From Methanomicrobia archaeon (GTDB lineage Archaea > Halobacteriota > Bog-38 > Methanoflorentales > Methanoflorentaceae): a stretch of 64,000 bases of DNA. The translations under genes and the position numbers were made by a program. A model generated the notes under the pieces. It ran no database searches and was not told the origin of the DNA. It saw only the letters and a list, made by a program, of their open reading frames with translations. Positions 25,688 through 36,074 of this stretch are shown piece after piece. The first letter of the stretch is position 1. Every line of letters begins with the position of its first letter. The stretch is from assembly GCA_015660915.1 (NCBI GenBank), contig JACTTZ010000003.1, positions 4,479-68,478 on the forward strand. The letters are read 5' to 3'.

Positions 25688-27358
25688 ATGTTTCTCACCT
25701 TTCGCGAGCACGTCAAAAAGCTGCTGACCGAGGCGCTAGGACAGTGCGAGTACCCAAGCAGCGACCTTGCCCTTACTGTTAAGCCCGGCTACGCCGATCT
25801 TACGAGCCTCATCGCGTTCAAGCTCGCGCCCGTCCTTAAGCTCGCGCCGCAAGAGATCGCGCGCAATGTGACGCAGCACCTCGGCTCTGATGAGCTCGTC
25901 GCGCGAGCCGAAGCTTCCGGACCCTACGTGAATTTCTTTGTAAGCGACGACTACCTGCGCCGCACGCTCAGCGCCGTCCTGGAAGAAGATCAGAATTATG
26001 GACGCGTCGACGCAGAGGGTGTGGTGATTCTCGAGCACACCTCCGCGAATCCGAACGGGCCCCTCCACATCGGCCACGTGCGAAACTCAGTCATTGGCGA
26101 CACGCTCGCACGCTGTCTACGCCAAGCAGGGTACCGCGTCGAGACCCAGTACTATGTCAACAACATGGGCCGACAGATCGCGCTCGTCGTTTGGGGCATT
26201 ATGAACTTCGAGCTCAACGGGCAGAGAAAATCGGATCACGCTACAGCCGATATCTACGTCAAGGCGAATGCTGACGTAGAAGTGCACCCCACAAAGCTCG
26301 GTGAGATCCGCCAACTCATGCAGCGCTTTGAGAGCGGCGATCGAGACGTTGCGTGTCTGTTCAAAGACGCGGTTGAGTTCTGTCTACGCGGAATTAACCA
26401 GACTCTTAAGAGCCTCCACGTTTCGCACGACCGCTACGTCTGGGAGAGCGAATTCCTCGACGATATTGACGGCATTATCGATGAACTCAAGAGCCACGGT
26501 GTAGCCGAGAGTGACGGGTCGACGCACGTCGATCTATCATCTTTTGGCATCGGCAAAGATCTCGTCGTGCGACGCTCGGACGGCACGTCGGTGTATGCGA
26601 CGCGCGACATAGCTTACCACGTCTGGAAGGCGGGCCGGTGTAACCGTATGATCGACGTGCTCGGCGCTGACCACAAACTCAACGCTCTCCAAGTGGGCAA
26701 GGTGCTTGAACTCCTCAGCATCAACGCTCCTGAAGTCGTGTTCTTTGAGTTCGTCTCATTGCCCGAGGGCTCAATGAGCACGCGTCGGGGACACTTCGTC
26801 AGCGCAGACGAGGTACTAGAGAAAGTGACCGAAAAGGCGTACGACGAGGTCGACAAGCGGCGTCCGACGTTGTCCGAGCAGGAGAAACGCGCGATCGCGC
26901 AAGCCGTTGGCATCGGCGCAACGCGCTATGACCTGCTCAAGGTATCGACCGACAAACCGATGGTGTTCGACTGGACTGAAGCCCTCGATTTCGAGCGACA
27001 AGGGGGGCCGTTTCTGCAGTACGCACACGCCCGTGCTAGCAATATCCTCAAAAAGACGACATTCGATTACCAATACGAGCCAGAGCTGCTTACTGACGAA
27101 TATGAGATCAAGCTCATCAAGCTGTGCGCACAGTTTCCCGCGGTAATCGAAGACGTCACCGTGAACTTGAGCGTGAGTGTGCTCGCGTCGTATGCGCGCG
27201 AGCTTGCCGAGGCGTTTAACCAATTCTATCGGTTCATGCCCGTGCTCTCCGCCGAACCTGAGATGCGCAGCGCTCGGCTGGCCCTGGTGACGTGCGCACG
27301 GGTCGTGTTGCGAAACGTGCTAAACTGTCTCGGGATTGAACCCGTCGATTCGATGTGA
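25688..27358 (+). CDS. argS: arginine--tRNA ligase
   Basis: Class I aaRS HIGH motif (PNGPLHIGH); ArgRS N-terminal and DALR anticodon-binding domains. Confidence 0.85.
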   Translation: MFLTFREHVKKLLTEALGQCEYPSSDLALTVKPGYADLTSLIAFKLAPVLKLAPQEIARNVTQHLGSDELVARAEASGPYVNFFVSDDYLRRTLSAVLEEDQNYGRVDAEGVVILEHTSANPNGPLHIGHVRNSVIGDTLARCLRQAGYRVETQYYVNNMGRQIALVVWGIMNFELNGQRKSDHATADIYVKANADVEVHPTKLGEIRQLMQRFESGDRDVACLFKDAVEFCLRGINQTLKSLHVSHDRYVWESEFLDDIDGIIDELKSHGVAESDGSTHVDLSSFGIGKDLVVRRSDGTSVYATRDIAYHVWKAGRCNRMIDVLGADHKLNALQVGKVLELLSINAPEVVFFEFVSLPEGSMSTRRGHFVSADEVLEKVTEKAYDEVDKRRPTLSEQEKRAIAQAVGIGATRYDLLKVSTDKPMVFDWTEALDFERQGGPFLQYAHARASNILKKTTFDYQYEPELLTDEYEIKLIKLCAQFPAVIEDVTVNLSVSVLASYARELAEAFNQFYRFMPVLSAEPEMRSARLALVTCARVVLRNVLNCLGIEPVDSM

Positions 27359-27379
27359 AGACAAAGCGAGGCCCTATTC

Positions 27380-28327
27380 ATGCGACGAAGTAAGGCCAAG
27401 GCGTCAGCTCCCCTCTCATACCGAGAGACTCTTGCAAAACAAGGTTATCACGCTATCGGCTGTGGCGGGGCAGTCAAGCCCTGCCTGTGGCTCAAAAAGT
27501 CCCTACGAGACGAGGGCGTGTGCTACAAGGAGCAGTTTTACGGCATTCACGCTCACCGCTGTATACAAATGACGCCGACGCTGCAGTGCAATCAGCAGTG
27601 CCTCCACTGCTGGAGGGCCACCGATCTGGACAAAGCAGAGGAACTCGCGTTTGACGAGCCGCAGACTCTCGTCGATGGCTCGATTGCGGCGCAGAGAAGC
27701 CTTATCTCAGGCTACAAGGGCGCCGCGACGACCAACCTGCAAAAACTTCAAGAGGCTTACGATCCAAGCCAAGTGGCCATATCGCTCAGCGGGGAACCCA
27801 CGCTCTACCCGCACCTCGGCGAGCTTATCAAACGCTACCATCGCGAACACATGACGACCTTCGTTGTTTCCAACGGGAGTCATCCCGAGGTGCTCGAGCA
27901 GATTCGTCCGACTCAACTCTACGTTTCACTAAACAGCCCAGATGAAGCGCACTTCTACGTGATGTGCAAGCCACGAACGCACCGGTTTGAGCAGCTGCTC
28001 GAGTCTTTGCGGGTGCTCGCCGATCATCCGTCCCGCACCGCTGTACGTATCACGCTCGCAAACGAGGTGAACACTTTCGGAGAGCCAGGCTATGCAAAGC
28101 TCATTGAGATGGCCGAACCCGATTACGTCGAAGTCAAATCTTATATGCACCTCGGCTTTTCGAGAAAGCGATTGTCGCGGGCCGCGATGCTGCCGTACGA
28201 AGGTGTTATGTCGTTTGCACAAGACTTTGCGGAAAGAACGGGGTATGCAGTCGCCGCGGGGTCCCCCATTAGTCGCGTTGTTGTACTATCTCAAAGTGGA
28301 TCGATTGAGAGAATTGATACGTCGTGA
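27380..28327 (+). CDS. taw1: tRNA wyosine biosynthesis radical-SAM enzyme TYW1/Taw1
   Basis: Radical-SAM CxxxCxxC (CNQQCLHC) plus the TYW1 family pattern. Confidence 0.75.
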   Translation: MRRSKAKASAPLSYRETLAKQGYHAIGCGGAVKPCLWLKKSLRDEGVCYKEQFYGIHAHRCIQMTPTLQCNQQCLHCWRATDLDKAEELAFDEPQTLVDGSIAAQRSLISGYKGAATTNLQKLQEAYDPSQVAISLSGEPTLYPHLGELIKRYHREHMTTFVVSNGSHPEVLEQIRPTQLYVSLNSPDEAHFYVMCKPRTHRFEQLLESLRVLADHPSRTAVRITLANEVNTFGEPGYAKLIEMAEPDYVEVKSYMHLGFSRKRLSRAAMLPYEGVMSFAQDFAERTGYAVAAGSPISRVVVLSQSGSIERIDTS

Positions 28328-28375
28328 CTTTTCATGCAGAGCATGAACTGCTCTAAGCAGAGAAGCAAGTGATGA

Positions 28376-29080
28376 ATGCTGATGCGAACAAAATCTGATA
28401 TCGAGAAGCTCAAAGGAGAGAAAAGCCTCTACGGGCTAATTAACGCACTCAAGGACGCTGATCCGGACGTTCGGTTGCGCGTCGCTGAAATACTCGGCGA
28501 GTTGAAAGACGAGGTCGCCGCCGGTGCCCTCATCGAAGCGCTAAGCGACGACCGCTGGTCTGTGAGACGCAATGCAGCATGGGCGTTGGGGGAGATCGGT
28601 TCGACACGCGCTATCCCATATCTCATCGGCGCCTTCAGCAAAACGTGGGAGGGGATCGACGCTTATTGCGCTGAAGCGCTTGTAAAAATCGGTCGCCCTG
28701 CGGTCACGCCGTTGCTTCGGGTGATAGAAAGCCCAGACCTAAACACGAGATATTGGTCGATTGAGGCGCTCGGCGAGATGGGTGATACGCGCGCCGTAGA
28801 GCCCCTTATTGCGCTCCTTGCTGATAAGGATGTCATCATACGATATGGCGCAGCAAAAGCGCTCGGTGCTATTGGTGACAGCAAAGCGTTTAACCCACTT
28901 GCACAGCTGCTTGACGATCCGAGCGAGATGGTCAAACGGCTCGCACAAAAGTCCTTGAGCAGAGTGCTCCCTCCGGAATCAGCGCGCAAAGCTGGTCTGC
29001 AATCAGGACGTGTGATAAAACTGATTGTTGTCGTTAAAACAGAAGACGGGACGCTTAAAGAAGTCGAAATTGATTTGTAA
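28376..29080 (+). CDS. HEAT (PBS-lyase-type) repeat protein
   Basis: Repeated DxxVRxxAaxALGeiGdxrAvxpLixaL units. Confidence 0.7.
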   Translation: MLMRTKSDIEKLKGEKSLYGLINALKDADPDVRLRVAEILGELKDEVAAGALIEALSDDRWSVRRNAAWALGEIGSTRAIPYLIGAFSKTWEGIDAYCAEALVKIGRPAVTPLLRVIESPDLNTRYWSIEALGEMGDTRAVEPLIALLADKDVIIRYGAAKALGAIGDSKAFNPLAQLLDDPSEMVKRLAQKSLSRVLPPESARKAGLQSGRVIKLIVVVKTEDGTLKEVEIDL

Positions 29081-29420
29081 TCAGCTCGCGGAACGCGAGA
29101 TATGGATTACGCGAGCATCGAGGGAGATCATTTGCCTCTTACAGCTAATCGTAGAAGGAGGCGTCATCTCGCCACGGCTGCGCAAACGAGTCCAGGAAGC
29201 TTGACCTTGCCGACCCCTGATGCGGCCTTCGTGCGCATTTTGCCTTGCTTGGCCTCAACAAGAGATGCATCGACGATCCTAGCGCCTCAGCGGCGGAGGT
29301 AAGCATTTATACCAGGATGACGTCGTATGCATTTGAATCAGCCGGGCGATCCTGATGAGCTCTGCGTCATTTCCTCGACGCAATCATCAAGTGACACAAT
29401 AGTGCAGAATTGGCGTTGTT

Positions 29421-30071
29421 ATGGCTCACGTGCCCCTTTTTATCGATCTACGAGACAGGCGTATCGTCATATTCGGCGGCGGCCACGTCGGAGAGAGAAA
29501 GGCCAAGATGTTTTGCGCCTACGGGCTAACGAAGGTTGTAAGCACAAGCTTTACCGCTGAATTATTGAAAATGGCAGACAGTGGCCTCATCGATGCGATT
29601 GTGGACGATTTAACAGACGTCAAGAAGTACCTTACAGGGGCGTTCATCGTCGTTCCGGCGACCAACAACCGCACGCTCAACGCTTTCATAGCCGACCAAG
29701 CGAAGGCGATGGACATTCTCGTCAACCAGGTGGATGGCATCGGCGAAGTAATCGTGCCGTCGGTCATCAACAAGGACGACATCCACATCGGGATTTCGAC
29801 GATGGGCAAAAGTCCCGCATCGGCCCTTTTTCTCAGACTGCGCATCGAGGAGCTCATCGAAAGCGTCGCTCTCATGGTCACGCTTCAAGACGAACTGCGC
29901 AACATTTTGAAAAAAGAGATTGACAGCCAGCTGGAGCGAAAGCGCATCCTTGAGGCAATCATCAACGACCAAGAGGTATGGGCTGAACTCGCGCGGAGCT
30001 ACGACGCGGGACTGCAATTGGCACTTAAGATTATAGAAAATGAACGAGTGACGCCTCAGGCAGCGACATAA
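29421..30071 (+). CDS. sirC: precorrin-2 dehydrogenase / sirohydrochlorin ferrochelatase (SirC-like)
   Basis: N-terminal FGGGhVgerKa Rossmann motif typical of the siroheme synthase N-domain. Confidence 0.65.
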   Translation: MAHVPLFIDLRDRRIVIFGGGHVGERKAKMFCAYGLTKVVSTSFTAELLKMADSGLIDAIVDDLTDVKKYLTGAFIVVPATNNRTLNAFIADQAKAMDILVNQVDGIGEVIVPSVINKDDIHIGISTMGKSPASALFLRLRIEELIESVALMVTLQDELRNILKKEIDSQLERKRILEAIINDQEVWAELARSYDAGLQLALKIIENERVTPQAAT

Positions 30072-30082
30072 GGGGTTCGCAC

Positions 30083-31330
30083 GTGAATGGTATCAGCAAC
30101 CTTTCGATCTCGCACAAATGGGCAAGCCTAAACGACTTGGAGTGTGCTCGCATTGATAACGTAGAAGATGCTTTACGAGCAATGCACTCGGCCGGCGGCG
30201 TTAGCGAATGCGTAATCGTGCAGACGTGCAATCGGATTGAGCTCTACCTCAACGTGACCAGCGAATTCGACGCCACAGTATTTGTGGCGCGTTTTTTCCC
30301 ATCCGTACCCCCGGAGCTCATCGCCCACTACGAGTCGCGCGAATCACTTCGACACTTGATGCGACTTGCGTCAGGCCTCGATTCAATGATCGTAGGCGAG
30401 GACCAGATACTCGGCCAGCTCAAGGCGGCGGTCGAAACGGCGAGCAAAGAACGCACGTTAGGGCCCGAGCTGGGCTTAGCATTTTCCAAGGCAATCAAAG
30501 TCGGCAAGCGTGTGCGGACCGAGACGCAGATCAACCGCGGCTCAGTCTCCGTTGGCTCTGCAGCGGTCGATCTCGCAGAGCGGGTGATGGGCACCCTCGA
30601 GGACAAGGCGATTCTGAGCATCGGAGCAGGTGAGCTGGGAACGCTCGTGGCTGTCGCGCTCGCCGAACGAGAACTGAAGGCGATGTTTGTGTCGAACCGG
30701 ACCTTCCGGCGCGCGCAGACCCTGGCCAAGAGGCTTGGCGGCACCGCTATCCGATTTGACAAGATAGAGGAGTACCTATGCGAAGCTGATCTGGTGATAA
30801 GCGCCACCGCCGCGCCGCACTACATACTGACGCGTGAGCAGGTCAGCCAAGCGATGCAGCGGCGAAACGGCCAGTCATTGGTCATTATAGACATCGCCAA
30901 TCCGCGTGACGTTGAAGAGGCCGTAGCGACGCTCGACAACGTCGACCTTCATAACATCGATGACCTGCGAAAGATCACCGAACACAACCTCAAGAAGCGA
31001 CGTTCTGAGATCGGCAAAGTGGTCGCAATTATCAACCAAGAGCTCAACCTGCTCGAAGAGCAATACAAGAAAGACCGCGCTAACGAGCTTATTGCGAGCC
31101 TGTACAAGAACGCCGAGGAGCTCCGGGCACGCGAGCTCGAAAAAGCGCACAACCGCCTGCGAAGCGACGGGGACCTGAGCAAGCACGAGCAGATTTTAGA
31201 CGACCTTACCGCTTCGATCGTCAACAAACTGCTCTTCGAGCTCACCGCATCGCTCAGAGAAGCAGCGGCTAATGATGATGAAGACCTCATGCGCTCCGCG
31301 CACAAGCTGTTTAGACGAAAGGGTGATTAG
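30083..31330 (+). CDS. hemA: glutamyl-tRNA reductase
   Basis: HemA family catalytic Cys region (CNRIELY) and NAD(P)-binding domain. Confidence 0.85.
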   Translation: MNGISNLSISHKWASLNDLECARIDNVEDALRAMHSAGGVSECVIVQTCNRIELYLNVTSEFDATVFVARFFPSVPPELIAHYESRESLRHLMRLASGLDSMIVGEDQILGQLKAAVETASKERTLGPELGLAFSKAIKVGKRVRTETQINRGSVSVGSAAVDLAERVMGTLEDKAILSIGAGELGTLVAVALAERELKAMFVSNRTFRRAQTLAKRLGGTAIRFDKIEEYLCEADLVISATAAPHYILTREQVSQAMQRRNGQSLVIIDIANPRDVEEAVATLDNVDLHNIDDLRKITEHNLKKRRSEIGKVVAIINQELNLLEEQYKKDRANELIASLYKNAEELRARELEKAHNRLRSDGDLSKHEQILDDLTASIVNKLLFELTASLREAAANDDEDLMRSAHKLFRRKGD

Positions 31331-32290
31331 TTGGCCAGTCGACCAGCGCGGCTTCGAAAGAAGGGCGTTAGCACGTTGGTACGAGAGACGTCACTGCTCC
31401 CTCGCGATCTGATATGCCCGCTATTCGTCGATGAAAACGCGCAAAAGCCTGTGCCAATCCCATCCCTGCCGGGGTTTTTTCGTCACACTGTCGAAACGGC
31501 TGTATCCGAGGTCGATGCGATCTGGGAACTCGGTATTCCTGCGGTCATAGTGTTCGGGGTACCACGCCACAAAAACGACACCGGGAGCTCTGCGCTCAGC
31601 GGCATCGTGCAAGACACTATCAGCGCAATAAAGTCAGACGTGCCGGAAGCCACGGTCATTGCCGACACATGCTTGTGCGAGTATACGAGCCACGGACACT
31701 GCGGCATCGTCAACGAAGCAGGTGCGATCCTTAACGGGCCGACCCTCGAAATGTTGCGTCGGATCGCAACGTCATATGCACGCGCCGGGGTCGATATCGT
31801 CGCGCCTTCCGGGATGATCGACGGGATGGTCGGCGCGATACGCACGCAACTCAACGAGGAGGGGTTTGATGGCGTCGCCATCATGCCGTACGCGGCGAAG
31901 TACTGCTCAAGCTTCTACGCACCATTTCGCGACGCCGTGGATTCAGGATGCGCGTTTGGAGATCGGTCGACACACCAGATGGATCCAGCGAACAGCGACG
32001 AAGCGGTTCGCGAAGTGCGTCTGGACCTAGAAGAGGGTGCCGACATTATCATGATCAAGCCCGCGCTGCCTTATCTCGATATCATCTATCGCATCAAAAA
32101 GACCTTCGGCGTTCCAGTCGCTGCATACAGCGTCAGCGGGGAGTACGCCATGCTACGCTCAGCGATTGATAACGGGCATTTGACGGATGATTCCATCTAT
32201 GAGACGTTGCTTTCGATAAAGCGTGCCGGAGCCGATATGATCGTTACCTATTTTGCTAAGGAGGCGGCAAAGAAACTGGCCTCAGAGTGA
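31331..32290 (+). CDS. hemB: porphobilinogen synthase (ALAD)
   Basis: HemB TIM-barrel family pattern. Confidence 0.85.
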   Translation: MASRPARLRKKGVSTLVRETSLLPRDLICPLFVDENAQKPVPIPSLPGFFRHTVETAVSEVDAIWELGIPAVIVFGVPRHKNDTGSSALSGIVQDTISAIKSDVPEATVIADTCLCEYTSHGHCGIVNEAGAILNGPTLEMLRRIATSYARAGVDIVAPSGMIDGMVGAIRTQLNEEGFDGVAIMPYAAKYCSSFYAPFRDAVDSGCAFGDRSTHQMDPANSDEAVREVRLDLEEGADIIMIKPALPYLDIIYRIKKTFGVPVAAYSVSGEYAMLRSAIDNGHLTDDSIYETLLSIKRAGADMIVTYFAKEAAKKLASE

Positions 32291-33591
32291 ATGGAATGCC
32301 GATGCAAACAGACGAGTCTGAGAGATTATACAACAAAGCCCTGAAGCTTATGCCCGGTGGCGTTTCAAGCCCAGTGCGGGCGATCGACCCCTACCCGTTT
32401 TACGTCCAGAGGGCAAGCGATTCGCGAATATGGGATGTGGACGGCAACCTGTACATCGATTACTGCATGGGCTACGGCCCACTCATTCTCGGCCACGCTC
32501 GCCCTGCCGTGCAGACGGCGGTTGCCGAACAACTGAAACTGGGGTGGGACTATGGCACCCCCATTAAAGCGGAGATTGACCTCGCAGAGCGCATTCAAGA
32601 GGATTTCCCCTCAATGGAGATGCTTCGATTCGTATCGACGGGAACCGAGGCCACAATGAGCGCCCTTCGCGCCGCTCGCGGGTTTACTGGGAAAGATACG
32701 TTCGTAAAAATTGAAGGAAGTTACCACGGCGCCCATGACGCGGTGCTCGTCAAGCCTGGATCGGCGGCGATCTCCACCGCTAGCTCACTCGGGGTGCCTG
32801 CCGCCGCTGTAAAAAACACCGTTCAAGTCCCATTTAACGACATAGAAGCATTGTCATACGCCTTAGAAAAAGTCGATGCGGCGTGCCTCATGATAGAGCC
32901 CGTGATGGGAAACATAGGTCCCGTGCTGCCCGAGGAGACCTACCTAGCGGACGTAAGAAAAGTCACCGAAGAGAACGAGACGCTCTTGATATTTGACGAG
33001 GTGATTACCGGATTCCGATTGTGCATCGGAGGCGCACAGTGTCTTTTCGGCGTCACTCCTGACCTGACCACCTTAGGAAAAATTGTTGGTGGCGGATTTC
33101 CGATTGGGGTGTTCGGGGGCAAAAAAGAGATTATGGAATGCGTCGCCCCGTCCGGAGGCGTTTTTAACGCAGGGACTTTCAGCGGTCATCCCGTTTCACT
33201 CGTAGCAGGCCTAGCGACGCTCAACGTGCTTAACGAGGAGGGCTACCGACGCGTGAATGGCCTAGGCGACCTCCTCAGAAGGATGCTCGTTGACCTGCTC
33301 GCAGAACTGGATATTCGCTTCGTGGTGCAAGGGATAGGCACGATGTTCCAGGTCTTTTTCACCGACAAGCCGGTCAGAAACTATCAAGATGCGCTCGCCT
33401 GCGACGTTAACAGGTACAACAAACTTGCTGCCTTCATGCGCGAGGAGGGCATCTTCTTAGCCCCTTCGCAATACGAGACTAATTTCATCTCGCTTGCCCA
33501 CTCAAACGAAGACCTGGAGTACACCATTCGCGCGTACGCAAACGCGTTCGAACGGCTTTACAGCCTTGACGTCGACACCCCCGGCTATTAA
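32287..33591 (+). CDS. hemL: glutamate-1-semialdehyde 2,1-aminomutase
   Basis: Class III aminotransferase pattern. Confidence 0.85.
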   Translation: MNGMPMQTDESERLYNKALKLMPGGVSSPVRAIDPYPFYVQRASDSRIWDVDGNLYIDYCMGYGPLILGHARPAVQTAVAEQLKLGWDYGTPIKAEIDLAERIQEDFPSMEMLRFVSTGTEATMSALRAARGFTGKDTFVKIEGSYHGAHDAVLVKPGSAAISTASSLGVPAAAVKNTVQVPFNDIEALSYALEKVDAACLMIEPVMGNIGPVLPEETYLADVRKVTEENETLLIFDEVITGFRLCIGGAQCLFGVTPDLTTLGKIVGGGFPIGVFGGKKEIMECVAPSGGVFNAGTFSGHPVSLVAGLATLNVLNEEGYRRVNGLGDLLRRMLVDLLAELDIRFVVQGIGTMFQVFFTDKPVRNYQDALACDVNRYNKLAAFMREEGIFLAPSQYETNFISLAHSNEDLEYTIRAYANAFERLYSLDVDTPGY

Positions 33592-33627
33592 TCCCCCCGA
33601 ATAACGACAGCGAACAACGGAAAGAGC

Positions 33628-34527
33628 GTGATCAACATATTGCGCATTGGCACCAGAGGCAGCAAACTCGCGTTGATTCAAGCTAGGACGGTCAGGAGCT
33701 TACTCGCAACGAACGGCGTTGAAAGTGAACTCGTGATCGTCAAAACGAGCGGCGACAGTTTTAGCGACAAGCCCTTCCGAGAGGCGGGCACCGGCGCTTT
33801 CGTGCGCGAGATCGATGACCGCATGCTCGCAGGCGACATCGATATCGCCGTGCACAGCATGAAAGACGTGCCTACAAAAAGGCCAGAGGAGATAAGTATT
33901 TGTGCTGTATTGCCCCGTGCAGTGCCGTATGACGTTTTGATCTTCGAGCGTCCGTTGCGTGATGGGGCCATAATAGGCACCTCGAGCTTGCGACGACAGG
34001 CGCAACTGGCGCGATACTACCCCCTCTACAATCGCAAACAAATTCGGGGCAACATCGACACGCGGATGAGAAAACTAAGGGCAAGCGAGTTCGACGCGGT
34101 GATTCTCGCCGAGGCAGGGCTCGAGCGTCTCGGCATCCGAATCAACAAGAAACGCCTCCCGTTCATTCCTTCGCCAAACCAAGGAATCATCGCCGTGATG
34201 GCGAATCGGGGAGTCGACGAGTTCGATGTTGTTGCTAAACTCAACGACAAGCGCACCTTCATTGAAGGCATGGTAGAGCGCATCATAATGGAGGCTTTAG
34301 GAGGTGGGTGCTTAGTCCCTCTCGGCATCTTTGCGCAAGTCGAAGGTGAATCGGTATCCGCCGTTGCCGAGGTGCTCTCGCTCGACGGCCAACGCGCGGT
34401 GCGTCTCACTGACCGCATGCCTGTCGACAGTTACGAGCGCACCTCACAAGCATTTGCCCAGCAAATAAAAGAACGTGGGGGTGACACGTTAATTGCCGAA
34501 GCTATAGCAATCGGTTTCGGCGCCTGA
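33628..34527 (+). CDS. hemC: porphobilinogen deaminase (hydroxymethylbilane synthase)
   Basis: HemC family N-terminal IGTRGSKLAL. Confidence 0.85.
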   Translation: MINILRIGTRGSKLALIQARTVRSLLATNGVESELVIVKTSGDSFSDKPFREAGTGAFVREIDDRMLAGDIDIAVHSMKDVPTKRPEEISICAVLPRAVPYDVLIFERPLRDGAIIGTSSLRRQAQLARYYPLYNRKQIRGNIDTRMRKLRASEFDAVILAEAGLERLGIRINKKRLPFIPSPNQGIIAVMANRGVDEFDVVAKLNDKRTFIEGMVERIIMEALGGGCLVPLGIFAQVEGESVSAVAEVLSLDGQRAVRLTDRMPVDSYERTSQAFAQQIKERGGDTLIAEAIAIGFGA

Positions 34528-34534
34528 TTGACAC

Positions 34535-35311
34535 ATGAACCCGAAAGACAGGTCTGAAGGAAAAGTATTCTTGGTAGGGGCGGGGCCGGGTGACCCCGAC
34601 CTATTGACCCGAAAAGCCGAACGCGTTATAAAAGAAGCTGACGTGGTGCTCTACGACAAGCTCGTCGATGAGCGCGTTATAGCGCTTGTTCCCAAAAAGG
34701 CGACGCTCATAGACGTCGGCAAGGACCCGAACCGCCACAAGGTGCCGCAGCACAAGATCAATGATCTGCTTGTTAGATATGCGCGAACGGGCAAAAGGGT
34801 AGTGCGGCTCAAGGGCGGCGACCCCTTCGTATTCGGCCGCGGTGGCGAGGAGGCCGAGGAGTTGGTCGCCCACGGAATCGAGGTGGAGGTCGTCCCCGGC
34901 ATTTCTTCGGCCGTGGCGGTTCCTGCGTACGCCGGCATCCCGGTCACGCACCGCGACTACGCGTCCACCTTTACCGTCGTCACCGGCCACGAGGCAGCAG
35001 GCAACGAGCTGCCTTGGGACATTCTCGCTCAGCTTGACGGCACCCTTGTGATTCTGATGGGTGTAAGCACCCTCGCAGAAAACGTTGCCAATCTAATCGC
35101 TTTTGGAAAGCCCGCGCAAACGCCGGCGGCGATCATTGCACAGGGAACGACCCGCAGCCAAAAAATCGTCGTAGGTACCTTGGATGACATCGCGCTCAAG
35201 GCTGAAGCAGCTCACGTAGATGCTCCCGCGGTGCTAGTTATCGGCGACGTGGTAAAGCTCACACACATACTGAAACCGCAAGATGCAAACGCTGGCAATC
35301 ATTCGACCTGA
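34535..35311 (+). CDS. cobA: uroporphyrinogen-III C-methyltransferase (SUMT)
   Basis: VFLVGAGPGDPDLLT tetrapyrrole-methylase signature. Confidence 0.8.
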   Translation: MNPKDRSEGKVFLVGAGPGDPDLLTRKAERVIKEADVVLYDKLVDERVIALVPKKATLIDVGKDPNRHKVPQHKINDLLVRYARTGKRVVRLKGGDPFVFGRGGEEAEELVAHGIEVEVVPGISSAVAVPAYAGIPVTHRDYASTFTVVTGHEAAGNELPWDILAQLDGTLVILMGVSTLAENVANLIAFGKPAQTPAAIIAQGTTRSQKIVVGTLDDIALKAEAAHVDAPAVLVIGDVVKLTHILKPQDANAGNHST

Positions 35312-36056
35312 GGAACAGCTGAAGGATTCGAAAAAGATCGTGGAATCCTTCGGGTTCCGACCGCTCGCAGTCTCTATCATCGACATCGTACCGTTACGGG
35401 ACCCACTCTGGCCTGCTTTCTTGGACGAGCTCAAAGTAGGCAACATCGACTATGTGATACTGACGAGCGCCAACGGTGCAAGGAGTTGCGCGAAGCTTGG
35501 ACTGAACGCAGCAAGCATCCCGGCATCGACGTGCGTCGTGGCCATAGGACCAACAACCAGAACTGCACTGCTTAAAGAGCATCTCCGCGTTGATCTTATG
35601 CCGTCAGAGTACAGCTCACGCGGAATCGTTCAGATGCTCAACCACCTTACCCGAAAAAACGTTTGGGTCTTGCGGAGCGCTTTTGGGAGTTCCGAACTGA
35701 TCGAAGGGCTCCAGAATAACGGTGCTACTGTCAAAGAACTCGTGCTGTACACGCTCAAGAAGCGCTGCGGGCAGCCGCAGCGAGACTTTATAGCGAAAGT
35801 AACAGAGGGTGACGTGGCCGGCGTACTCTTTACGAGCGCCATGACAGTACACGCTTTCTTTGACTGTGCTGACCGAACGGGAACACGTAAGCGACTTACG
35901 GCACGACTGGCGAATCAACTCGTTGGCGCCATAGGAAAACCAACAGCCGAGGCGCTTTATGCAAACGAGGTTCAGGTCAATGCCGTGCCAGAAAAAGCAA
36001 CATTCCGTGAGCTCGTTTCGACGGTTCATTTGGCTTTGAACAATCGAGCATTATAG
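35283..36056 (+). CDS. hemD: uroporphyrinogen-III synthase
   Basis: Size and position after cobA; weak HemD-family pattern. Confidence 0.6.
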   Translation: MQTLAIIRPEEQLKDSKKIVESFGFRPLAVSIIDIVPLRDPLWPAFLDELKVGNIDYVILTSANGARSCAKLGLNAASIPASTCVVAIGPTTRTALLKEHLRVDLMPSEYSSRGIVQMLNHLTRKNVWVLRSAFGSSELIEGLQNNGATVKELVLYTLKKRCGQPQRDFIAKVTEGDVAGVLFTSAMTVHAFFDCADRTGTRKRLTARLANQLVGAIGKPTAEALYANEVQVNAVPEKATFRELVSTVHLALNNRAL

Positions 36057-36074
36057 TGCATCCAAAGAGTCCCC